Shown: one piece after another, positions 29,098 to 38,434 of the stretch
Position numbering within the stretch: the first letter of the stretch is position 1
Layout of the letters: every line of letters starts with the position of its first letter
The notes under the pieces: model-generated
What the model was told of the DNA's origin: nothing
Database searches by the model: none
What the model saw: the letters and a program-made list of their open reading frames with translations, nothing else
Program-made: the position numbers and the translations under genes
Assembly: GCA_018713045.1 (NCBI GenBank)
Contig: DVFV01000123.1
Span: forward strand, 1-49,713
DNA: 49,713 nucleotides
Direction: 5' to 3'
Source of the DNA: Candidatus Coprosoma intestinipullorum
GTDB taxonomy: Bacteria > Bacillota_I > Bacilli_A > RF39 > UBA660

Positions 29098-30810
29098 ATG
29101 AAAAAGATAATTTTTAAATATGTTTTATTAATTGTGGTTACTTTTGCGGCTTCAATTTTTATTTACGAGTATATTCAAAAATCTACAGCAGTCGATACGG
29201 AATACGATATTTTGTCACATCAGAAGGATTTAGAAAATCAATATTTGGCAAATACTAATTATACTTTGGATAATCCGAATGTTCTTTTGAATTTTTATGG
29301 TAATTCGCCTTTAACGGCTTTGGTCGTTTTCGAGACTAAAGATTTAACTTCGGTTACGGTAACGGTTAAGGGTAAGGATGGTGCGGCAGATATTACGCAC
29401 ACTTTTGTGCCGAATAAAGTTCATATTTTACCGATTTATGGTCTTTATCCAGATTACGATAATAAGGTGGTTATTACAGCTAGTGGAACATCGAAGGAAA
29501 TTACGATTAAAACTGATGCTTTACCTGATGATTTTACAAAGGCAACTTATGTTTCAGATATGGAACTTGAGGATGGAGAATTTTATTTTACAACTCCAGA
29601 AGATAAAGGATATACAGCAGCTTATGATGAGAATGGTGAAGTTAGGTGGTATTTAACTGGTGATTATAAATGGGATATTCAAAGGTTAAATAATGGACAT
29701 ATTATAATCGGCAGTGATAAGCTCGTAAGTCAGCCTTATTATAGTATTGGTCTTGTGGAGATGGATTTGCTTGGAAAAATTTACTACGAGTACAATATTC
29801 CAGGAGGATACCATCATAATATGATCGAGTTTGATAATGGAAATTTACTTATCGCTTCAAATAATGATAATGATACACGTGAAGATTATATAGTTGAAAT
29901 TGACCGGGCAACTGGTAATATTGCGAAGGAAATCGATTTGAATAAGATTTTAGGTGGTAATCATGAGGGCAACTGGTTTGGCATTACTTCCCTAGCCTAT
30001 GATGCTCCGACTAATTCTTTAACGATTTCAGGTTATCATAATGACATGATTATCAATATTGACTACGCTTCGACAGAAATAAACTGGATTATCAGTAAAC
30101 ATGATTTAGGTAAGCTTAATAAGTACAAGTTAGATGGCGATAGTTTACCAGATTCACCTGAGACAGTAACACTTATTAATTCTGATGAGTTTGTAGTTAC
30201 TAGTTTAGATGGCGATAAAAGAGTTTTACTTACTTACAAGTTAGATAGAGTGAATAAAACGTTTGAGGTGACAAATAAAATTACACTAGATGATAATGAG
30301 AATGCTTATATCGATAAGACTGATGATGGTTATTTAATAACTCAAGGTAATAATATTTTGAGGGTTAATGATTCTTCTGCTGAGAGATTGCTTTCTATTA
30401 ATTCTACTCTTTATAATACTAAGTTGATGCCACTTTACGCGAATGATATATATACTGGAGTTCAAGGCACGCGACTTGGAGTTTTAGGTAAGACACCGAC
30501 TACTTCTAATCATTTGCTTATATGGGCAAAGGAAGACGAAAGTATTATCGATAAATATAATTTGAATTTTTATAAAGATGTTTATGGTCTTAGATTTGCA
30601 GGAACATTTAGTAAAGATGACGATGTTCAACTTATTTTAGACAATGTTTTAAGTAAAAAAACTTACGATATTCAAATTCCCGATAGCGACGATGAGGAAA
30701 TAGTTACTTCAAAATATGTCAACGAGGATGAAATTAAAGGTAAATATTATATATTTATAAGAATAAATGGAACAATTTATAAGCTTAATAAATATGTTGT
30801 ATTCTATTAG
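29098..30810 (+). CDS. Aryl-sulfate sulfotransferase (ASST)-like beta-propeller with N-terminal TM, probably inactive
   Basis: YGNSPLTALVVFET, PIYGLYPD, GEVRWY, EMDLLGK and GGYHH; later catalytic motifs are degenerate. Confidence 0.8.
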   Translation: MKKIIFKYVLLIVVTFAASIFIYEYIQKSTAVDTEYDILSHQKDLENQYLANTNYTLDNPNVLLNFYGNSPLTALVVFETKDLTSVTVTVKGKDGAADITHTFVPNKVHILPIYGLYPDYDNKVVITASGTSKEITIKTDALPDDFTKATYVSDMELEDGEFYFTTPEDKGYTAAYDENGEVRWYLTGDYKWDIQRLNNGHIIIGSDKLVSQPYYSIGLVEMDLLGKIYYEYNIPGGYHHNMIEFDNGNLLIASNNDNDTREDYIVEIDRATGNIAKEIDLNKILGGNHEGNWFGITSLAYDAPTNSLTISGYHNDMIINIDYASTEINWIISKHDLGKLNKYKLDGDSLPDSPETVTLINSDEFVVTSLDGDKRVLLTYKLDRVNKTFEVTNKITLDDNENAYIDKTDDGYLITQGNNILRVNDSSAERLLSINSTLYNTKLMPLYANDIYTGVQGTRLGVLGKTPTTSNHLLIWAKEDESIIDKYNLNFYKDVYGLRFAGTFSKDDDVQLILDNVLSKKTYDIQIPDSDDEEIVTSKYVNEDEIKGKYYIFIRINGTIYKLNKYVVFY

Positions 30811-30841
30811 AAAAGATGTTACTTTTGGGTAACATCTTTTT
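30811..30841. terminator. Bidirectional terminator
   Basis: AAAAGATGTTAC-TTTTGG-GTAACATCTTTT between convergent genes. Confidence 0.8.
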
Positions 30842-32435
30842 ATTTGTTTTTTTCTAAGTAATCTAGATATTCATCATATGTCATTTGTTTGTCGGTGTAT
30901 GTTCCATCATCGTGGATATCGATTAACCGGTTGGCTAGGGTTCTAATAAGTTCAGTATCAAAACTTGCAATAACAATTGGTCCATTAAATTTTGCTAATC
31001 CGTTATTTAAGGAGGTTATAGATTCGATATCAAGGTGGTTGGTAGGTTCATCTAATAGTAAAACATTTCCTTTATTAAGCATCATTTTAGAAAACATACA
31101 TCTAACTTTTTCACCACCGGACAAGACTTTGACACTTTTTAGTGATTCTTCTCCAGAGAATAGCATTCGACCTAGAAATCCTCGGACAAAGCTATCGTCT
31201 TTGTTTTCTGAATATTTACGTAACCATTCGATAAGATTTTCGTCTTCAGTAAAATATTCATCGTGGTTTTTAGGAAAATAAGACATTATGACGGTAGAAC
31301 CGATTTTTATTTCACCACTGTCGGGAGTTATTTCACCAGTAATTACTTTAAATAAAGTTGTTTTAGCTATTTCATTTTCTCCTATTAGGGCAATTTTATC
31401 ATCAGGCTTAATGTTTAAGGTAAAGTTTTTTAAAATTTGTTTACCATTGATAGTTACGTTTATTTTGCTTAGGGTTATTACTTCCTTCCCTAGTCTTCTT
31501 TCATATTCGAAGTTTATGTATGGATATTTTCTAGATGATGGAACAAGTTCTTCTAAGGTTATTTTATCTAATAATTTTTTACGAGATGTGGCTTGTTTTG
31601 ATTTTGAGGCATTTGCTGAGAAACGGGCAATAAAGCTTTCGAGCTCTTTTATTTTGGCTTCTTTTTTCTTGTTGGCTTCTTTTATTTGTTTTTGCATAAG
31701 TTCATTAGTTTGATACCAGAAATCATAGTTTCCAACGGTCATTTTAATTTTTTGTCTATCGATATCGACCATATAGGTACAAATTTTATTTAGAAAATGG
31801 CGGTCGTGAGACACTAGGATTATGGTTCCTTTAAAGTCTAATAGGAAGTTTTCAAGCCAGATTTTACTTTTTAAATCTAAACCGTTTGTCGGTTCATCTA
31901 ATAATAGGATATCTGGCTCACCAAATAGAGCTTGAGCGAGTAAAACTTTGACTTTATCTTTGTCAGTTAGTTCTTTCATATTTTTATCATAGTATGAATT
32001 ATCTAGGCCTAATCCTGATAATAATATCGCAGCATTACTTTCAGCTTCCCAGCCGTTTAAACTTTCGAATTCGTCTTCTAATTTTGCTACTGTTATGCCA
32101 TCTTCATCGGTGAAATCAGGTTTCATATATAATGCTTCTTTTTCTTTCATGATTTGATATAATCTGTCGTTACCCATAATAACGGTATCGATAACCGTAT
32201 ATTCGTCGTAGGCATTATGATTTTGCTTTAAAACAGATATTCTTTCGTATTTGTCTTTGATAATTTCACCGGTAGATGATTCAATTTCACCAGTTAATAT
32301 TTTTAGAAATGTACTTTTTCCAGCACCGTTTGCACCAATGACACCATAACATTCATGGGGTTTAAATTCGAGATTTACGTTTTCGAATAATACTCTTTTG
32401 CCAAATCTTAAACTTAAATTTTTAACTTGTAACAT
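30840..32435 (-). CDS. ABC-F family ATPase (YbiT/YkpA-like)
   Basis: Two ABC domains and no TM; GANGAGKST, LLDEPTN twice, ANASKSKQATSR and LSGGEK. Confidence 0.92.
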   Translation of the reverse strand: MLQVKNLSLRFGKRVLFENVNLEFKPHECYGVIGANGAGKSTFLKILTGEIESSTGEIIKDKYERISVLKQNHNAYDEYTVIDTVIMGNDRLYQIMKEKEALYMKPDFTDEDGITVAKLEDEFESLNGWEAESNAAILLSGLGLDNSYYDKNMKELTDKDKVKVLLAQALFGEPDILLLDEPTNGLDLKSKIWLENFLLDFKGTIILVSHDRHFLNKICTYMVDIDRQKIKMTVGNYDFWYQTNELMQKQIKEANKKKEAKIKELESFIARFSANASKSKQATSRKKLLDKITLEELVPSSRKYPYINFEYERRLGKEVITLSKINVTINGKQILKNFTLNIKPDDKIALIGENEIAKTTLFKVITGEITPDSGEIKIGSTVIMSYFPKNHDEYFTEDENLIEWLRKYSENKDDSFVRGFLGRMLFSGEESLKSVKVLSGGEKVRCMFSKMMLNKGNVLLLDEPTNHLDIESITSLNNGLAKFNGPIVIASFDTELIRTLANRLIDIHDDGTYTDKQMTYDEYLDYLEKNK

Positions 32436-32596
32436 AAAAATCACCTCTTCCATTATACAGGAAAAGGTTTATTTTTTAAAGGATAATTTTTTTATATTGA
32501 GTTTTACTTCTTTTATTTCTTTAACGATTGTGGGTAGATACATTTCGCATTAATATTTTATGAAAAAAGCACATTTATTTTTTTGTGCTTATAACT

Positions 32597-33886
32597 TTAA
32601 TTTAGTATTGTTTCAACAATTGTAATTATGCCAAGTCCGAAAGCAGCACCACTTATAAATGTTAAAAATAATGGGTTTGCAAAGGCTGCTTGCGTAAATT
32701 TTGGTGGAGTTAATCTTTTTACTTTAACTTTTGCGTTGGTTTTTTGAAGATTATCAGAGTCTTTAACTTCTTCATATACTTCTTCAGCAGTTTCTTTAGT
32801 CTCATCTGGTAATTCTGTACGTTCTTCTGGAACTTCGTATTCTTTTAGAAGGTCTTTTTCTTCTTCCGTTAAAGGAGTGTTTGTTTTTAATTTTTCATGA
32901 ATTTTGTCAAATGTATTGTCTACTAAGTAATTATCGATGTTTTGATTTAAATCGTCTTCTTTTTTCTCGTCTTCCATATTAACTTTAGTTTCAGTAACAC
33001 TTTTGGTATTGTCGATTTGCTTTTCTTCGCCAAATGATATTTTAGTTTGACCATTTTCTTCTAATTTGACAAATATTGGCTGGAAACCTTTACCGAAGTC
33101 GACCATAAGCATTCCATCGGTTATAGTTTTGTCGGTTTGTCTTATACCATAGATGTTTTTGATGTGATAATTTTCTTTTAGGTAATCGGCTATTTGATCG
33201 ATTGGGTATTCAGCTTTATCAATGTTTACCGTGTCGTTTTCTCTTAAGGCGGTGTTTCTTTGAGTTTCCATGGCATCTTTAATACTTTTATCGATTTCTT
33301 CACGATTATTCATTTTATCAAATTTTATACTTTGTAGGATGATTTCATAGATGTTGGTGTTTGGATTGATTTGATTAATCGTGTGAGGTATTCCATCTTT
33401 AACGTATGTGATAACTGAACCTGTGTTGCTTACTTTATATTCGGTAATTCCGTTTTCTTTGAATAGTGTTTGAAGATCAACATCGATATTTTTCTTGACG
33501 GCTTCTTTTTTAGTTTCTTTGTTTTCTAAGGTGCTTTTATATGTTTCATCTAACTCTTTTAAGGCTTCTTTATATTCTTTTCTACCAGTTAGATCGATTT
33601 TACCGAATTTTTTGAGAACTGGGATGTCGGCATCTTTAAGTCTTTTTTCAAATTCATTATGATAATCGCTTGTTTTAGTGTATTTCTTTTGTTCAATTTC
33701 TTTTTTTATTTCGTCTTTTACAAGGTTGATTGTCTCGATTATCGTCTGATTTATTATTCTGTTGGTTGCAAAATGGGGATCGATAATTTGAGGCATTCCG
33801 TTTTTGTATTTGAAGACCGTAACTTTTTTGTTTTCTTTAACAAAGATAAAGTTTTCACCGTTAATGGTTACAATTCTTTTATTCAT
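32597..33886 (-). CDS. Hypothetical tail-anchored protein
   Basis: Charged soluble body; ends NAKVKVKRLTPPKFTQAAFANPLFLTFISGAAFGLGIITIVETILN. Confidence 0.8.
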   Translation of the reverse strand: MNKRIVTINGENFIFVKENKKVTVFKYKNGMPQIIDPHFATNRIINQTIIETINLVKDEIKKEIEQKKYTKTSDYHNEFEKRLKDADIPVLKKFGKIDLTGRKEYKEALKELDETYKSTLENKETKKEAVKKNIDVDLQTLFKENGITEYKVSNTGSVITYVKDGIPHTINQINPNTNIYEIILQSIKFDKMNNREEIDKSIKDAMETQRNTALRENDTVNIDKAEYPIDQIADYLKENYHIKNIYGIRQTDKTITDGMLMVDFGKGFQPIFVKLEENGQTKISFGEEKQIDNTKSVTETKVNMEDEKKEDDLNQNIDNYLVDNTFDKIHEKLKTNTPLTEEEKDLLKEYEVPEERTELPDETKETAEEVYEEVKDSDNLQKTNAKVKVKRLTPPKFTQAAFANPLFLTFISGAAFGLGIITIVETILN

Positions 33887-33900
33887 ATTTTTCCTCTTTT

Positions 33901-36837
33901 CTAAATATCTTCTAAACGAACACTTACAAGTTTACTAACTCCAGATTCTTGCATGGTTATACCGTATAATATGTCGGCATATTCCATGGTTTTTTTCTTA
34001 TGAGTTATGATAATAAATTGTGAGCGATTTTTAAGTTTAGTTATGTATTTACCAAATGTATCGACGTTAGCTTCATCTAAGGCAGCTTCAACTTCGTCTA
34101 AGATACAGAATGGAGATTGTTTGGTTTTTATTATCGCGAAAAGCAGACTAATGGCTGTTAAGGTTTTTTCACCACCTGATAAGAGTGTGATGCTTGTAAG
34201 TTTTTTTCCTGGCGGACTGGCGATTATTTCAACACCAGTTTCCAAGATATTATCTGGATCAGTCAGTTTTAAGGTTGCTCTTCCACCTTTGAATAATTCT
34301 TTAAAGGTTTCTTCAAAGTTTTTATTTATTTTAGTAAAGGTTTCAGAAAATTCTTGAATCATAACTTTATCCATGGTTTTAATTATCTCATGAAGGGTGT
34401 TTTCTGCTTCGTCTAGGTCACTTAACTGTTTAGTTAAGAATTCATATCTAGAACTTACTTCTTCATACTCTTCGGGAGCAGTTAAATTAACTGGTCCAAG
34501 TGAATCGATTGTTTTTCTTAATTTGCGCACGCGCTCTTTGGCAATGTCATAATCGATTTCAAGTTTATATGTTTCTTTGGCTTTTTCATAGGTCATATGA
34601 TAATTTTCACTGAGGTTATTTAAAAGATTATCTAGTTTAACATCCATTCTTCCAGATTTAATTTCTAAATCTTTTAATTCGCTTGTTTTGGCTGAATAAA
34701 TACTATTTTCTTTTTTAATCGATATTTGATAATCTTCTAAGGCTTCATTCAATTCTTTTTTCTCTTTGGTTAAGTTATCAATGGTACTTGAAACTTCGTT
34801 TTTCATTTTTATGGCCGCATAATATTTTTCGAGAATATCTTCGCGCTCTTTAGAAAGAGACCCGTTTTTAAGATTATCATTAGTCTGAAGTTCTTGTTTG
34901 ATTTTAGCTATTTCTTGTTTTAGAGATTGCTGCTTAGTACAGTTTGTCTCTAAGGCGTCGTTTTTAAGCATCTTATCTTTACTTAGAAGGTAAATTTTAT
35001 CTTCAAAACTTTTAAGATTATAATCTGTTTCGTTAATTTGATTTTCAATTTCTTTAGCTGAGTTATCGAGCTTCTCGATTTGTTTGATGACGTTTTCTAA
35101 TTCATATTTATCAGAAATGACATTTTTAGGTTTGCTTTGTTTACCACCTGTCATCGAACCTCCGATATTGACTGTATCACCGTCTAGGGTAACTATGCGG
35201 TAGCGGTGGTTTATTTTTTTACCAATGCGAACCGCGTTATCTATGTTGTCTGTGATGATAACAGTTCCCAACTGATTTAACATAACACTAGTGTATATTT
35301 TATCGTATTTAATTAGATTACTAGCTATATCGATAAAACCGTTTTCATTTTTTAAGATATTTAAAATATTATAATCGATTGTTTTAGGTTTGATAACGTT
35401 TAGGGGGAAGAATGTCGCTCTTCCGATGGTTTTAAGAAAGTTTATTGCTTCTTTGGCATCTTTGTCGGTGCTTGTGATGATGTTGTTAGAAGCGTATCCA
35501 AGGGCAGATGAAATAGCTAAATTATAGTTTTCATCAACTTCGATTAAGTTTCCTACTGTCCCATGAATTCCTTCAAGACGTGGGTTATTTAAAACTCTTT
35601 TAACGGCCTCAGGAAGACCACCGCCATTTTCAATATTGTTTTTTAAGTATTCTTCACGAATGTTTAGGTTGTGGCGCTGGCGAACTAAATTAGTTAACTT
35701 TTCTTCAAGTGTTTGTTTTTTATCTTTTTCAGCTTGAAGTTTTTGATTTTCTTCTTCCATTTTCTCGTTTGTTTTCTTTATTTCGTTTGAAAGATTACTG
35801 ATGGTTATATCCAGTTCATCAAGGTATGCTTCTAGTGATAATTGTTCATTTTTAAGAGTTAAAATGGTTTCTTCGAGTTCTGATTTGTTTTCTTCGTGCT
35901 TTTGCTTTTCAGCTAAGAGGTCTTTTTGTCCGTCTAGTTTTTGGACTAGGGCCGTAAGTTCGAGTAATTTGTTTTGAAAGGCATTGATTTGGGTGTCAAT
36001 GTCAGTTATTTTGACTTTGTACTCTTCAATTTTAGCTTCACCTAAGGTATTACTCGAAGTGATTTTTAAGAGTTCTTCTTTTAGTTTTTCGATTGTCCCT
36101 TTATTTGTTTGATATTCGAAATTTATATTCGTGATTTCTTCGGTTATTAGGGCAATTTCGATATTTTCAAGTTCACTTTTGGTTTTAGTATAGGTTTCAG
36201 CTTTTTCTTTGGCCTCTTTTAATGGATTTAATCTTTCTTCGGTTTCTTTTAGAATGTCGCCGACTCTCGATTTGTTGTCTTTGGTTCTATCTAGTTTGTG
36301 AAGGGCCTCTTCTTTTCTTCTTTTGTATTTTAAGACTCCGGCTGCTTCTTCAAAGATGGAACGACGATCTAATGGTTTACTACTGATTATTTCTTCGATT
36401 TTGCCTTGTGATATTATGTTGAAGCTTTCTTTGGCAATTCCACTATCTAAGAGAAAGTTAGTTATATCTTTAAGTCTTACTCTTCCACCGTTTAGAAAAT
36501 ATTCGTTAGTTCCATCACGGTATACACGTCTTTTTATTTCAACTTCATCATATTCTATAGGTAAGTATTTATCAGTATTATCAAAGATCAAGGAAACTGA
36601 AGCAACGTTCATCGCTCCCCTACTTTTACTTCCGGAAAAGATGACATCAGTCATCGATCCGTCACCACGGAGTGACTTTACTGATTGTTCACCTAAAACC
36701 CAGCGAACGGCATCGACAACATTACTTTTACCGGAACCGTTTGGTCCGACGATACCGTTGATTCCGTTTGTAAAGACGATGTCGGTTTTATCGGCAAATG
36801 ATTTAAAACCATGAGCTTTTATTTCTTTTAAGTACAT
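33901..36837 (-). CDS. smc: Chromosome segregation protein SMC (short-arm form, 978 aa)
   Basis: GFKSFA, GPNGSGKSN, hinge GGSMTGG, LSGGEK and LDEVEAALD. Confidence 0.95.
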   Translation of the reverse strand: MYLKEIKAHGFKSFADKTDIVFTNGINGIVGPNGSGKSNVVDAVRWVLGEQSVKSLRGDGSMTDVIFSGSKSRGAMNVASVSLIFDNTDKYLPIEYDEVEIKRRVYRDGTNEYFLNGGRVRLKDITNFLLDSGIAKESFNIISQGKIEEIISSKPLDRRSIFEEAAGVLKYKRRKEEALHKLDRTKDNKSRVGDILKETEERLNPLKEAKEKAETYTKTKSELENIEIALITEEITNINFEYQTNKGTIEKLKEELLKITSSNTLGEAKIEEYKVKITDIDTQINAFQNKLLELTALVQKLDGQKDLLAEKQKHEENKSELEETILTLKNEQLSLEAYLDELDITISNLSNEIKKTNEKMEEENQKLQAEKDKKQTLEEKLTNLVRQRHNLNIREEYLKNNIENGGGLPEAVKRVLNNPRLEGIHGTVGNLIEVDENYNLAISSALGYASNNIITSTDKDAKEAINFLKTIGRATFFPLNVIKPKTIDYNILNILKNENGFIDIASNLIKYDKIYTSVMLNQLGTVIITDNIDNAVRIGKKINHRYRIVTLDGDTVNIGGSMTGGKQSKPKNVISDKYELENVIKQIEKLDNSAKEIENQINETDYNLKSFEDKIYLLSKDKMLKNDALETNCTKQQSLKQEIAKIKQELQTNDNLKNGSLSKEREDILEKYYAAIKMKNEVSSTIDNLTKEKKELNEALEDYQISIKKENSIYSAKTSELKDLEIKSGRMDVKLDNLLNNLSENYHMTYEKAKETYKLEIDYDIAKERVRKLRKTIDSLGPVNLTAPEEYEEVSSRYEFLTKQLSDLDEAENTLHEIIKTMDKVMIQEFSETFTKINKNFEETFKELFKGGRATLKLTDPDNILETGVEIIASPPGKKLTSITLLSGGEKTLTAISLLFAIIKTKQSPFCILDEVEAALDEANVDTFGKYITKLKNRSQFIIITHKKKTMEYADILYGITMQESGVSKLVSVRLEDI

Positions 36838-36912
36838 CTTATCACCTTATCTACTATTAATAATTATACCTTAATAACGTACAATAAGCAAATGTTTGAA
36901 TCCGAAAAAAGC

Positions 36913-37965
36913 TTACTTTTTTAATTTCTTATAGTAAGCTTTTTCTTTTGTTTCGTCTATTTCGTCGTTTATGATACTAAAGACTTCATTTGCATCTTGA
37001 ACGTTTCCAAAGATATTATGGGTTGATGATTTAACTTGATGTATTTTTAATCCTTCAGGATTTAAGTTTTCTAAGGCCTGTTGTGATGATAGTGGAACCA
37101 TTCCATCGGACTTTTCGTCAAAAATTAAATCGTCCATTAAACATAGTCCCATACCAGTAAAATCACCAGCTTTTAAGCATTTTTTAAAGGTATCTTCTTC
37201 TATTCCGGTGTATATGTTGTGATATGAGTTTATTTTTGGAATCATATCTAAATTTTCTTTTTGTAAAAGTTTTTCGATAAATGTTTCATCATATTTATCT
37301 GGGTCGGCACCACCTGGAATGGCAATATCGTAATCCATATGTGAATTACTTGAGATGCCACTATAGACACTGCTTATTGCTTTAGTTATTTCTTTGGCTA
37401 AAAATTCATTGTTTATTTTGTTTTGAATTATTCTTTCTAATTTTGGATAAAAAATAGCTGGAGATGCCATAATGGTTCCTTTAAATGGAACGGCCGTAGT
37501 AAATAGATTAGTTTTGCTTAGGGCAAGAGGTCTTTTTATGTATTTTAAACTATCGAAGGCAACGGGTGCACCTTTAGAATGAGCAATTACGTTTATCGAA
37601 TTTATATGTGGATTGCTTGAGATACTTTCAATGTGATTACCTAAAAAGATACTTTCTTCTTTTAACGGCGCATCATTATCTAAAAGCAGTAATTTCATGT
37701 GGATGTTTTTATCTAATTTGCCAAAATATTTAATTGCTTTATCTATATTACCAGCTTTGTCAGATACGATTTTTGAGTCTTTTGAGACATTTTCAAGACG
37801 AATTCCTGGGCAGAAGATAAAGTATTCATAATTATAACTTTCACCTGTTATAACGTTTTTTAAGCTAACTAGGGAAAGGGATTTCCCTCTCTCTTCTTCG
37901 GTGTATGGATCATACCAACTGTTATTATTTAAATCCCACTTTCCAATTATATCTACTTTTGACAT
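36913..37965 (-). CDS. Alpha/beta-hydrolase (lipase/esterase-like)
   Basis: Nucleophile elbow IAHSKG, PFKGT, SDGMVP and C-terminal His (STHN); TTGACA-16-TACAAT promoter at 37996-38023. Confidence 0.7.
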   Translation of the reverse strand: MSKVDIIGKWDLNNNSWYDPYTEEERGKSLSLVSLKNVITGESYNYEYFIFCPGIRLENVSKDSKIVSDKAGNIDKAIKYFGKLDKNIHMKLLLLDNDAPLKEESIFLGNHIESISSNPHINSINVIAHSKGAPVAFDSLKYIKRPLALSKTNLFTTAVPFKGTIMASPAIFYPKLERIIQNKINNEFLAKEITKAISSVYSGISSNSHMDYDIAIPGGADPDKYDETFIEKLLQKENLDMIPKINSYHNIYTGIEEDTFKKCLKAGDFTGMGLCLMDDLIFDEKSDGMVPLSSQQALENLNPEGLKIHQVKSSTHNIFGNVQDANEVFSIINDEIDETKEKAYYKKLKK

Positions 37966-38049
37966 AATTTCCCCTCTTTCTATAAAGATTGTTATATTGT
38001 AATACTTTTTAATTATATGTCAAGTTGGAAAATAATAATGTCAAATTTT

Positions 38050-38325
38050 TTAAGATAGAATTTTCTTTTTAGCTTTAGTAATTCCACTTTCTAAAATTTC
38101 ATCTATTTCTCTTCCATAAGCGCTTTTAGTGGCGTTATAAGCAAGCATACAAATTGTCATTGGACCGACTGCCCCAGTTGGCGGAGTTATCAGTGATGCT
38201 TTTTTAGAGTTTTCATCAAAGGCAACATCACCGACAGCTTTTCCTTCTTGAAGTAATTTGATATATTCTCCTTTTATATCTAAGGCTACATCATCTTGAT
38301 ATATTCCTGGTCCCCATGCGCCCAT
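38050..38325 (-). pseudogene. Chimeric remnant: DUF4259-like N-terminus fused to a FolD C-terminal fragment
   Basis: [16 protein letters not shown] then [37 protein letters not shown]; compare FolD GDV.F......AS.ITPVPGGVGPMT..ML..N. Confidence 0.7.
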
Positions 38326-38434
38326 ATTTTCACACTCCTTTTAATATTTATTATCTATGTTCGTTATAACATTTCGTTTGATTTATAAATAGTATTTTTT
38401 ATAAATATATATTTAAAATGTAAAAAAGAACTGA

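Noticed and set aside
32468-32543. Possible 24-aa leader peptide (MYLPTIVKEIK...) upstream of the ABC-F gene
   Set aside because: No RBS or attenuator, and a TATAAT lies between it and the ABC-F start.
30889-36814. Plus-strand ORFs opposite ABC-F, the 429-aa orphan and smc
   Set aside because: Antisense to well-supported genes with no independent evidence. The same applies to the other short nested ORFs in the track.
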